64,000 nucleotides of DNA, from positions 1-64,000 of the IMG/VR virus record IMGVR_UViG_3300045258_000102; one strand, given 5' to 3'. Positions 1-9,052 of the stretch are shown one piece after another (position 1 is the stretch's first letter; the number at the start of each line of letters is the position of its first letter). The translations under genes and the position numbers were made by a program. The notes beneath the pieces were generated by a model. It was not told the origin of the DNA. It saw only the letters and a list, made by a program, of their open reading frames with translations, and made no database searches. Origin of the DNA: a virus.

Positions 1-2
1 TC

Positions 3-137
3 GCCGTGACTCCGCTTGATCTGCACCACGCACAGTTCGATTTTTACGGAGTCCCAGAGCCATCAACCTGGCTGCTGCTGACCATTGGCGTCGGATTCTG
101 CGTCCTGCGCAAAGTGCCTCTCTTATCGCGCCGGTAA
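3..137 (+). CDS. C-terminus of a PEP-CTERM sorting-domain protein (5' truncated by the window edge)
   Basis: Manual translation of frame 3 gives ...FYGVPEPSTWLLLTIGVGFCVLRKVPLLSRR*: VPEP motif, hydrophobic helix and basic tail. Not in the ORF track. Confidence 0.85.
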   Translation, partial: AVTPLDLHHAQFDFYGVPEPSTWLLLTIGVGFCVLRKVPLLSRR

Positions 138-153
138 TTCTTGCCGGGCGCTC

Positions 154-181
154 TTGCACACTACTGAGCGGCGCGTAGCGT
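154..181 (+). promoter_or_regulatory. Putative promoter TTGCAC-N16-TAGCGT (copy 1 of the 22-bp motif)
   Basis: 153-174 is the exact reverse complement of 33414-33435. Both copies carry -35/-10-like hexamers and point into genes. Confidence 0.6.
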
Positions 182-187
182 GGGGCC

Positions 188-271
188 TAGTTGAGGCCTT
201 GAAGGTAACGTACGATTCTAGCGACGCTCCTCGGAGTGTCCGCCGGTCCCGTTGCCGTGAGGCCTCAACTA
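188..271 (+). ncRNA. Candidate structured RNA or leader upstream of the HNH gene
   Basis: Nested stems: 188-199/260-271 (12 bp perfect), 204-210/250-256, and 223-229/234-240 with a CUCG loop. G-U pairs favour the + strand. Confidence 0.5.
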
Positions 272-338
272 CCCACTTCTTCGGCCGGCGTCTTTTTGCG
301 CTGACCGTGGCACCCAACGGCCCCGGGGAGCAGGTCCA

Positions 339-911
339 ATGTGGATCGGTCAAGAAACCAGAGAGTGCAGGATGTGCCACGGGTTCCTGCCCACGTCCGC
401 ATTCGACGTCGCCAAACAGGGCGGCAGGCTCAAGGTCTTTTGCCGCGGATGCTGCCGCCAACTGTCGAAGCAAAGCAAACTGGCGGCGAGCCGGAAGAAC
501 GGTACTCTCGGACAAAACTATTCCGGGCGCGACGACTGGCTGAGGCTGATGGGGTTCCAAAGTTACCGAGAGTACCTCGCGAGCCCATTATGGTCTGAGG
601 TCCGCAAGCGAGTTTTTTACTTCAAGGGCCGCATTTGTTATTTGTGTGGCAAGGCGGCAACCCAAGTTCATCACACGCGGTACCACAAGAACGACCTTTC
701 AGGCAGGAAGCTCAAGTTTCTTTTTCCAATCTGCGGCGAATGTCACTCGGAAATAGAATTCGATATCGACGGGGAGGGCAGGAAGAAGCTGACCCTTAGG
801 GGCGCGAATTTTAAGTTTAGGACGCGGCACCGCGCTCGGAAGGTTGAGCTAAGACAGCAATCGGTCGGGGAGCCAGCCCTCGACGCCGAGTTCCGCGCGA
901 TCATTGGCTAA
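339..911 (+). CDS. HNH endonuclease-like protein with N-terminal Zn finger
   Basis: CxxC...CxxC N-terminus, then YREYLASPLW...CYLC...VHHTRY...CGECH. Confidence 0.8.
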   Translation: MWIGQETRECRMCHGFLPTSAFDVAKQGGRLKVFCRGCCRQLSKQSKLAASRKNGTLGQNYSGRDDWLRLMGFQSYREYLASPLWSEVRKRVFYFKGRICYLCGKAATQVHHTRYHKNDLSGRKLKFLFPICGECHSEIEFDIDGEGRKKLTLRGANFKFRTRHRARKVELRQQSVGEPALDAEFRAIIG

Positions 912-913
912 CG

Positions 914-3900
914 CTACTTCGTCGGCCGCGGACCAAGCTCTTCAAGAAACCGTCTCTTGTCCTCATCGCCGAGGTTAGTCGACCGATGAATCTTGGCGTA
1001 GACAGTGGCGTAGATGCTGGCTTTTTCTTCCGGGGTCGCCACGCGATAGACTTTCATCGCGTCCTCAGCAGGGAGATTCTTGAGCGTTCGCTGCAGCGGA
1101 GCCTTGCCAGCGTTCTGAATGATCGCCTTCGCGTCGCTGGGTTTTAGTAGCCCACTGCGTGTGGCCTGCTGGATCTCCGGGGCCGCTGCGGCCTGGCCGG
1201 ATGCGGCAACTTTCTTCGTGAGGCTGCGCTTCAATTCGGATCGATCGCTCTCCTGCTGCGTCCTCGCGGCGGCCGGCATCTGAGACCCGGCAAGATCTTG
1301 GGCCGTGCGTTCGGCGTCGGTTTCCGTGATACGCCTGGTGGCCGGCGTCACGCCGAAATAAGTGCTAATCTTCTCACCTGCTCCGGCGTCATCCTTCTGC
1401 GCCTGCTGAAGATTTCGCAGCCAGAACGGCTCGTACGATTTTGCGACGTACTTGCCGACGTCGGCGCCCTGTTTGTAGAGCGGATCGCCGGGGTGCCGGA
1501 TCTCCGTGCCGTAGTAGTCGCGATTCTGTTTCAGTTCGCTCACCATTGAGATCAGAGGGCTCGTGCCGTTGAGGAGCGTCTGTCCGCTGCTCTGCCAATA
1601 CGAGACGAGGTCACGCATGTATGTCGGCAACAGCCAGCGAGTGTCGTTGCCGTACTCATCCTTGCCGCCGTCCCGGAAGGCGAAGTAGTCCATGCCCTGC
1701 GGTCGTTGCCCTGTGAAAGCGAGTGTCAGCGCGCCGTTGACGGCCGCCACGGTTCCGACTAGCGCCAGCGCGTGAGCAACGCGGTCTGGCAACTCTTTCG
1801 GCAACTTACCGGTCTTTGCAAACTCGGCAACAAACTTCGCGGCGTCTGGGAACGCGCCGCCGATCTCAGCGACCGTGCCGCCCTTCCATCCTGGAGCGCG
1901 GACAAGGCCTTGAATCACATTCTTCGCCGCGTTGTTCGTGAATAGCCGGTCGTACCGCACTTGCCCGAGACGAGCGTCCACGCGGTTCCATGCTTGGCGA
2001 AACTCCGGCGTCAGTTCCTCGAGCGACTTGCCCGGGTTCTGGTCGATGATGCGGCTCGCGAGATCAGCGAACACGCCCGCCTTTTGACGCGGCACGATCC
2101 AATCCATGATCGGCTTCGACAAGGCCTCGGTGAACGCGACAGGCGATCTTGCTGCGGCGCGAAGCGGTCGGCCGCTGTACCAATCCCTGGCCATCTTCTC
2201 GGTCTGGTCGGTGCGCAGACCTCGCTCCATGGTGAACCCACCGCCGGCTAGTTCGGCGGCTTTGACCACTTGGGCGATCTTCGGATCGATTTGTCCTTCC
2301 GGTTCACGCCAGGCGTTGAGCACCTTGTCGCCGAGCATTGGCGTGCGGACCATTGCCGTCGCCGATCGGCCGAGACTCGTGGTGAGATCGCTGACGTTGC
2401 GGCTGCCGCGCACAACTCCGTAAATATCTTTGATCAGATTCGCGTGGGCGGAGACTTGGGACTCGCCTGCGGTGAACCCAGCATGGAAAGCGCTGCCCAT
2501 TCCTAGCTGGGATTGATTGAGCGAATTCGCCGCGCCCATCCAGCCTTTGTATAGACCGCCGAAGTAGCGATTGTTGTAGAGGTTGCTCGACAGGTAATTG
2601 TTGAGTACGTCGCCGACAGCTTGCGGCACTACGCGATAGCCCACGATCGGTAGACCGACGTACTTCTCGGACGTGAGTTTCTTGGTCGCGAGTCCCGGCT
2701 TGATGTCAGCCAATCCGGCCAATCCCGGCTTGGACTTCACGAAATTGTCGAACCACTTGTAGATGCGCGGCGCGACCTCCTGCATCTTCTCCGGCGTGTG
2801 GATGTACGCTTCGAGGACTTGCGCGATCTTTTCAGGACGCGAGCGGGCGACGGCGCCACGCTCCGTAAGATCGGCGATCGCGCGTAGTTCGGAGCGGCCC
2901 TTCTGAAATCCCTTCCCTTCGCCGCCCTTCGTCCGCAGCAGCGTATTCCAGAGATCGTACTTCACGTCGAGTTGGTGGCCGAGCTCGTGGGCGAGGACGC
3001 TCGTCTCGGTGGCGAACTTGCTTTGGATCTTGTCGCCGCCCTGGTAGCTAAGGCCAAGAGCACCGCGACGCGGCAGTTTCATCAGCCGCTCGTGCGTGAC
3101 ACCCAGTCCCTTGGCGACGTTGAGAAGCCCGTCGTAAACGTCGCGGTCGATATGCTCTTCGACTGTGACGGTCGGCGGCCCGTAGACCGTGCCGTACCTG
3201 TCGGGGACTTTCACCCAACCGTCGGGCGTCTTCTCATAGGGAGTGATGATCTTGAGTTGGCCGTCTTTGGCTCGCTTCTGAAAGAAGGTGTGCGCCATGA
3301 TCGACCGATCCATCTCCGCGTTCTTCAGGTTCACCAGATCGATCGGGTTGTTCGAAATCGGCCGCAATCCAAGCCGCTGAGCCGTCATCGTGTCGTCGAA
3401 CACCTTCGCCTTCTTAAACGACTCGCCGCCGGCCAGTGGCCGCTTAGTGAGATACGGCAGAGCGTCTTTGTCGCTGCCGGTTCCTGCGCCAAGATGTTCG
3501 TCGACGCGCGCCTTGATCCAATCGACCTGCTTCGGCGTCGCGTGGTTGAGATCGGAACCCTCGGGAATGACCTCCGCTTTCACAGCGTCGCCGACCGCGG
3601 CATTGAACGCCAGTCGACTCTCTTGAGTCCAGAGCCCTGGGAAGTAATGCTCGCGGGTCGCTTCCAGCGGCTCGCCGGCCTTCGCGAGCAGTTCCAGGCG
3701 GTCTGAGAAGCCTTTTTGGATTGCGGTCGCCGCCTTTTGCATCCACCCCGTCAGCGATCCGCCCGTGGAGATCGCAGACATAAACTTGGCCCCGGCATTA
3801 TCAGCTGGGTCGACGTCAGCGCGGTCGAGGCCGAGCTTATTGAATTCTTTGCTGAATGGGCGCAGCTCATGCGACGAGGATTCTTGCCGACGGTTCATCG

Positions 3901-6900
3901 AGCCGATCTCCGCGCCGAGATGCTCGGCAGCGCGAAGATGCTCCGGGCTGTTCATCGACGGCAGTAGCAGCGAGGTGATTCCTTGCGTCTTAGATTTCAG
4001 ACCGGTCCCTATCGCGAGTCCGGGTGTGTGCGTGGCGACGACCTTCGCTTGCTCCTCTGGCGTGGCGGCGGTCTCAGGTTTGTCCGCCGTCCTTCGCTCG
4101 GCTCTGCCGCCGAAGCCGAGGACAGCCGCCTTTGATTGTTGCGCTGGCGGGAACTCCTCTTCGTCGAAGATGCTTTTCTGTCCCGGCAGGTTTCCGCGCT
4201 GCAAATCAGGAATCAGATTGGGCTGCGCGGTCTTTGTGCTCTCGAACTTGTCTGGCTGGGCTACCGTTGCAGGAGCGCGTTCGAGTGAGAAGTCTTCCGG
4301 CGGCGCCTCGCTGGCCGACGGCTGGCCGTTGATGTGCCGCATCGCCTCGGCGGTCACGTCAGCGATCGCGTGATCTTCCGGCACGTCGACGAACTGCTTG
4401 AGGCCGCCTCGCATAATGTCGGCGAGGCCGGATTCAAGATCGCCCTGGCCACGCTGCTGAGCGAGCGCCGCCATTTGCGGATAGTCGCCCGATCGGAGCC
4501 GATCGACCAGAACGTCGAATCCCTTCACCTTTGCCATGTCGCCGCCGCGTCGATTGGCGATGTTGGCCTGAAACGAGTGCGAGCGCGAGTCCTTTCCGCT
4601 GATCATCGTCTTATATTCGGTGCGGAGATCCTCAACTTCCTTTTGGGCCACGTCGCGACGCTTGGCTGCTTCCGTTAGCACGCCCTGTAAATCGGCCGGC
4701 CGGCTGCTGGCGAGGAAGTCGAGATCGTCGAGTGTTTCGCGCGGTAATTTGTTCTCGTCCGCCAGCTTATCGACAGTGGCCAAATCTTGTTCGATCGGTC
4801 GGTAGCCGACCGGCTCCTCGGGCGCGTTTTCGCTCGATGCGTGGAATGCTTCGTTTGCCGCGTCCACTGCGGTTTTGCGGAGTAATCCGGAGCGTCGCTT
4901 GGACGGAGCGACGGCTTCTGCTGCCGGCTGCTGGATTTCGGCTGTGCGCTTTTTGGTGAGTCCGATCTTGGTTGTTTGAGCCGGTTTTTCCGCGGCCCCG
5001 TGCCGCTCGATTTTGGCGTAGGTGAGATCAGACAAATCCGCGTTCGGGTCTCTGAGGTCAATGCCCTTTTCTTTAGCGTGCGATTGCAGGGCGGCTAAGT
5101 GTTTGTCGTACTCCCCTTGGAGTTCCTCGGCAGCCTTGGCGTCTGCCGCGGTCAACGGCTCGCCCGGCGGTGGATTCCGTAGCCCGTCGATCACCCCGCC
5201 AGTTCTGTCGAACCAATAGTTGGCCTCCCCGACTGTGTCGAATGGACCACCAGCATCGGCGGCAGGCTTCACTAGTCCGGATCGTGGTCCGCCGAGCATT
5301 TCTCGCGCGTCGGCGCCTGGATTTCTGTTGAGAAAGCCCATCCGACCGATCAGCATTTTCAGCGGCTTGTCCCAGCCATCTTGGCCGATCGACTCGAAAC
5401 TACCGTAGTCGCTAAACAGCTGCTTGCCGATGTCCTTCCAGTCCTTGTAATCAAATTGGTTCCCTTCGCGGTCAATGTGGGAAAGATCACCGGGCTCGGC
5501 GCCGGCATACGCCTTCAGCTTTTTCTGGAAAAACGCCTGCTCTGCTGGTGGAAGTTTGTCGTAGGTCTCGTCGAAAAACTTGTCGACGACCGACTTTGGT
5601 TTCACGCCTTGCTCGTCGAGCGTGTCGAGCATGTCGGATAGGTCTTGTCCGCGTGCTTCGAGTAGCAAACGATCGCGCATCTTCTCGATGCCGGCGTTGA
5701 CTTTGTCATTCGCCGAAACAGGCTGGCCCGCGGGCGTCGATGGCGGTGAGGGCTCAACCGCCGCTTCCGTTGGGCCAGCCGGTTCGATCGGAGCTAGCAG
5801 TTCTTGCTGCTGCCCTTGGACATCTTGCCCGACATTTTGCTCGGCATCTTGCTGCCGCTGCTGCTGGCCTTCGGCTTCTTGTTGGCCTTGGCCGGTTTGC
5901 TCTTGGCTGCCATTGGGAATCACCTCACTTCCAGGGGTTGGTGGTTGAGACTGGACAAAACTACGTTGTTCGGCGCTGTCGGCTAGCAGCTTCGCAATCG
6001 CGCGCCGCACGTCGACGGTTGTCTTGGATGAGTCGATGCCGGCTCGCGCGAGATCGCGGCGGCTGATTGTGCCGCCAGAGTTGAACTTGTCGATGAGCCG
6101 ATTGACGGCGTCGGTCGCTTCGGGCGCTGGTGGGATCGCCGGGTGTGCCTCGGGCTGGATCGCGTCGCCGTAATTCGGCGCGAATTGCTGCGGCGTCTCG
6201 GCTTGTTGGTCTTGGGCGCCGAGCTTCTGAGTAACTTCGTCGCCGAATTGCTGTGCCTGCTGATCACCCTGCGCAGGAGCATTGGACGCGACGCCGGCTT
6301 TCTCGGCAACCTCCTGGGCCGCAGCGTGTCGCTTGCCCAGCGTTTCGATGATGCCGTGGATGCCGCTGGCGAATCCGCCCGTGAGTAAGTCCGTCGGAAG
6401 CTGTTCTTTGAGCTGGTCGTACAGCTGTCCGGAGTCGAAGTCGTGTTTGCCCGCAGCCACGTCGGCCATGTAGTGCGAAATGGTCGTGCCCACGCCGAGC
6501 ACCGCTTGGGCGCCAGCTTCGGTTGTCGCCTTGGCCGCGAGTTCGCCAACCGCTCCGCCGATCGGATATTTCTCGGTAATCCATTGAGCGACTTTTCCGG
6601 CGACGTCCTGGCCACCAGCAGCGCCGAGCCCGGCCAGCTTTTCCGCACCTGCACCGAGGAGCTTTCCGCCGGCCAGTGCGCTGAAGAAGTCGATCGCACC
6701 GTGCGCCGCCGCCGCGCCGTACTTCGCCGGCCCCGTGATCTTGTTTTTGTCGGCCTCAGCGAGCTGGTTGGCGACGGAGTTCGCGGTCATGTAACCGAGG
6801 AAACCGCCGGGCAGCGCCATCGATCCGCCGAGTTCCGTGACATTCGCCACGGCGTCGCCGATCGCCTTGCCGCCAGGCACTTCGGTATCCCCTGCCGAGA

Positions 6901-7540
6901 GCGACTTGGCGGCATTCGAGATAGCGCTGTTGAATTGGTCGCGCGTGCTGGCGACGGCCTGCTGAGCATCGGCCATTCGCTGCTGCTGTGGATACTCCGG
7001 TTTGTCGCCCCAATTATCGAGCGTTTGCTTGAGATCGCTGAGGTGCTGTTCGTTGGCTGCGATCCAGTCCGGGGATGCACCGGCGGCCTTTGCTCGGTCG
7101 AGTCTCTCGGAGAGGGTGTTGATTTCGTCGACACTCGGCTTCTCTCGCTCCGGACTGAGCGATTCTTTCGTTGCGGTAAGTGCAGCGTTGCCGACTCCTC
7201 CGACCAGCTTCACGCCGCCGCGCTCGACGCCACGCGCGGCGATCGCCGGGTTTGCCAGCGCGTACTGCCCGTAGGCTTGATCGTTGATCGCGTTCTGGGC
7301 GTCGGCAGCCGGAATTTGCGACGCGCCGGCGAGGTAGGTGTCGCCGCCTTCCGGATTCCATTGCGGCTGCTCCGCGACCTGCTGAGGAGTGCCAAGCGAT
7401 TGGTCGATGGTTGCCGTCGAGTGCGACGCTGGCATCGCCGGCGCATTATCACTGAAATCTGTGTCCAGCCAGGACTTTGGTGGTTCGGCTACGGCCGTCC
7501 CGCCGCCGCCGAAATCTGTGTCGAGCCAAGATGTGGCCAT
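914..7540 (-). CDS. Large internal virion / DNA ejection protein (2208 aa) with a zincin-like HExxH domain
   Basis: Last and largest gene of the structural operon; Ala/Gln/Pro-rich N-terminus with hydrophobic Gly/Ala segments; VLAHELGHQLD...EKIAQ motif. Confidence 0.75.
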   Translation of the reverse strand: MATSWLDTDFGGGGTAVAEPPKSWLDTDFSDNAPAMPASHSTATIDQSLGTPQQVAEQPQWNPEGGDTYLAGASQIPAADAQNAINDQAYGQYALANPAIAARGVERGGVKLVGGVGNAALTATKESLSPEREKPSVDEINTLSERLDRAKAAGASPDWIAANEQHLSDLKQTLDNWGDKPEYPQQQRMADAQQAVASTRDQFNSAISNAAKSLSAGDTEVPGGKAIGDAVANVTELGGSMALPGGFLGYMTANSVANQLAEADKNKITGPAKYGAAAAHGAIDFFSALAGGKLLGAGAEKLAGLGAAGGQDVAGKVAQWITEKYPIGGAVGELAAKATTEAGAQAVLGVGTTISHYMADVAAGKHDFDSGQLYDQLKEQLPTDLLTGGFASGIHGIIETLGKRHAAAQEVAEKAGVASNAPAQGDQQAQQFGDEVTQKLGAQDQQAETPQQFAPNYGDAIQPEAHPAIPPAPEATDAVNRLIDKFNSGGTISRRDLARAGIDSSKTTVDVRRAIAKLLADSAEQRSFVQSQPPTPGSEVIPNGSQEQTGQGQQEAEGQQQRQQDAEQNVGQDVQGQQQELLAPIEPAGPTEAAVEPSPPSTPAGQPVSANDKVNAGIEKMRDRLLLEARGQDLSDMLDTLDEQGVKPKSVVDKFFDETYDKLPPAEQAFFQKKLKAYAGAEPGDLSHIDREGNQFDYKDWKDIGKQLFSDYGSFESIGQDGWDKPLKMLIGRMGFLNRNPGADAREMLGGPRSGLVKPAADAGGPFDTVGEANYWFDRTGGVIDGLRNPPPGEPLTAADAKAAEELQGEYDKHLAALQSHAKEKGIDLRDPNADLSDLTYAKIERHGAAEKPAQTTKIGLTKKRTAEIQQPAAEAVAPSKRRSGLLRKTAVDAANEAFHASSENAPEEPVGYRPIEQDLATVDKLADENKLPRETLDDLDFLASSRPADLQGVLTEAAKRRDVAQKEVEDLRTEYKTMISGKDSRSHSFQANIANRRGGDMAKVKGFDVLVDRLRSGDYPQMAALAQQRGQGDLESGLADIMRGGLKQFVDVPEDHAIADVTAEAMRHINGQPSASEAPPEDFSLERAPATVAQPDKFESTKTAQPNLIPDLQRGNLPGQKSIFDEEEFPPAQQSKAAVLGFGGRAERRTADKPETAATPEEQAKVVATHTPGLAIGTGLKSKTQGITSLLLPSMNSPEHLRAAEHLGAEIGSMNRRQESSSHELRPFSKEFNKLGLDRADVDPADNAGAKFMSAISTGGSLTGWMQKAATAIQKGFSDRLELLAKAGEPLEATREHYFPGLWTQESRLAFNAAVGDAVKAEVIPEGSDLNHATPKQVDWIKARVDEHLGAGTGSDKDALPYLTKRPLAGGESFKKAKVFDDTMTAQRLGLRPISNNPIDLVNLKNAEMDRSIMAHTFFQKRAKDGQLKIITPYEKTPDGWVKVPDRYGTVYGPPTVTVEEHIDRDVYDGLLNVAKGLGVTHERLMKLPRRGALGLSYQGGDKIQSKFATETSVLAHELGHQLDVKYDLWNTLLRTKGGEGKGFQKGRSELRAIADLTERGAVARSRPEKIAQVLEAYIHTPEKMQEVAPRIYKWFDNFVKSKPGLAGLADIKPGLATKKLTSEKYVGLPIVGYRVVPQAVGDVLNNYLSSNLYNNRYFGGLYKGWMGAANSLNQSQLGMGSAFHAGFTAGESQVSAHANLIKDIYGVVRGSRNVSDLTTSLGRSATAMVRTPMLGDKVLNAWREPEGQIDPKIAQVVKAAELAGGGFTMERGLRTDQTEKMARDWYSGRPLRAAARSPVAFTEALSKPIMDWIVPRQKAGVFADLASRIIDQNPGKSLEELTPEFRQAWNRVDARLGQVRYDRLFTNNAAKNVIQGLVRAPGWKGGTVAEIGGAFPDAAKFVAEFAKTGKLPKELPDRVAHALALVGTVAAVNGALTLAFTGQRPQGMDYFAFRDGGKDEYGNDTRWLLPTYMRDLVSYWQSSGQTLLNGTSPLISMVSELKQNRDYYGTEIRHPGDPLYKQGADVGKYVAKSYEPFWLRNLQQAQKDDAGAGEKISTYFGVTPATRRITETDAERTAQDLAGSQMPAAARTQQESDRSELKRSLTKKVAASGQAAAAPEIQQATRSGLLKPSDAKAIIQNAGKAPLQRTLKNLPAEDAMKVYRVATPEEKASIYATVYAKIHRSTNLGDEDKRRFLEELGPRPTK

Positions 7541-7541
7541 A

Positions 7542-9023
7542 CTAACTTCCAGCGGCCTGAATATCGTCGGGCGTGAGTTGGCGCGTGCCGCGAGGCGTTT
7601 GCACCCAATCGCCGACCTTCAGCCGATGCGATTTGATGTCGGCCACGACTTGATCGCGGGTGCTGTATGTCGCCACAGGAGGCGGTGTCTGGGCCGACTG
7701 CTGCTGGGCCTGCGGCGCTGCGGGCGGCGGATTCGCGCCACCGCCGAGATGATCGACGAGCCAATTTCCGGCCGTAACGTCGACGGACTGTTGCGGGGGT
7801 GGCTCCGTGTACTTCTCACCGCTGAGGGCTGCGGCGGCCGCGTCCATGTTGTCCCACCGCGGCGGCGCTGGTGGCGGTTGCGGTGTGGCCTGTTGAGGAG
7901 AGCCGCTGTACAGCGCGCCTTGGGTCGCGTCGGCCATGCCTGGACCAGGTGGTGGGGCGACGTCCGTCCTCGGCGGTTGCTGGATCGGCTTCCCATCGAT
8001 GCCGGGCTCCTTGAACTCCCACTGCTCGCGAGCACGCTCGTACGCTTCGGTGTCGGTCGTGCCGAGATCGTTCTTGTAGTCGTTCGGGCTCGGCTTCTTG
8101 GCTCTCCATACGTCGATCGCATGTCGGCGAGCTGTCTCAGCCTGCTTCTCCGAGGCTGCGGCCTGACGCTCCTGCTCCTTGGCGGCAGCCTTTGCATTTT
8201 CTTGCGCAATCGCGTGTGACGCCTTCAGGTCAGCTTCCTTCTGCCGGTACTCGCTCTGAAGCGCCTCCTTGCTCTGATCATCTAGCACCGGTCTGCCGCT
8301 ACGGTCCAAAACGTACATCAGAGGTGTCCCGCCGGGTGACGTGCCGCCTGTAAGTTGCTTACTCTTGAGCACCTCTTCGGGGCTCGGCGGCACTTCGTCG
8401 GCCGGCACCTGCATCGGCCGCATCGTGTTCAGCCGCTGCGTGAACTGCGCGTGAGCTTGAGCGCGTTGTTCCGGTGAAAGTGTCGGGTCGCCGTCGGCGC
8501 GGTGCATCGCGTCTTGCAGCTGGGCCTGCTCCTGCTTCTGCTGAGGTGACCAGCGGAGCGTACCGGTTTTGAGTCCCTGAAGAATCTGGGCCTGTTGGTC
8601 GCGATCGTCCAGTAGGGCTTGCTGCTGCTGGAAGAGCGCCTGCTGGCGTTGATCCTGTTCGGCCTGGGCCCGGTGCTGCGTGTCGGCGCCGATGAGTTTC
8701 CCGGCTAGGCCGGCGTAGAGGCTGTTGCTGTGCGCCGACTGCGAGGCGCGAATCTGATTCTGTTGGTCAATGGACGTCAGCGACTGCTGATCGGCTTCGA
8801 GTTGTGCTCGCTGGCGCGCTTCATCAGCTTGGTTTTGGGTGGCCTGCTTTTGCTGATCGAGGGCCTGCTTGCGGAGTGCAAACTCATTGTCGAGTTGGTC
8901 GTGTGCCTGTTGCCGCGCTAGTTCTAGCTGGCGCTGCTGCTCGTCGTGCTGCGCCTGACCGGTGAGGTAGGAAATACCGCCGGTGAGGATTGGACTCAGT
9001 GGGTTCTGGACATCAAAGCCCAT
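7542..9023 (-). CDS. Internal virion / ejection protein (Gln-rich coiled coil)
   Basis: Position and Q/A-rich helical composition. Confidence 0.65.
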   Translation of the reverse strand: MGFDVQNPLSPILTGGISYLTGQAQHDEQQRQLELARQQAHDQLDNEFALRKQALDQQKQATQNQADEARQRAQLEADQQSLTSIDQQNQIRASQSAHSNSLYAGLAGKLIGADTQHRAQAEQDQRQQALFQQQQALLDDRDQQAQILQGLKTGTLRWSPQQKQEQAQLQDAMHRADGDPTLSPEQRAQAHAQFTQRLNTMRPMQVPADEVPPSPEEVLKSKQLTGGTSPGGTPLMYVLDRSGRPVLDDQSKEALQSEYRQKEADLKASHAIAQENAKAAAKEQERQAAASEKQAETARRHAIDVWRAKKPSPNDYKNDLGTTDTEAYERAREQWEFKEPGIDGKPIQQPPRTDVAPPPGPGMADATQGALYSGSPQQATPQPPPAPPRWDNMDAAAAALSGEKYTEPPPQQSVDVTAGNWLVDHLGGGANPPPAAPQAQQQSAQTPPPVATYSTRDQVVADIKSHRLKVGDWVQTPRGTRQLTPDDIQAAGS

Positions 9024-9052
9024 TGCACGACTCGGCTAGATTTGGGGTTCGA

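Noticed and set aside
914-7540. Giant protein as a virion RNA polymerase or tape measure
   Set aside because: I saw no DxDGD/DFDxD or T7-type polymerase motifs, and the gene context is podovirus-like.
6443-7576. Long + strand ORFs antisense to structural genes (also 18816-20078, 24881-25888 and others)
   Set aside because: These are shadow ORFs expected opposite high-GC genes; they have no motifs or SD sites.
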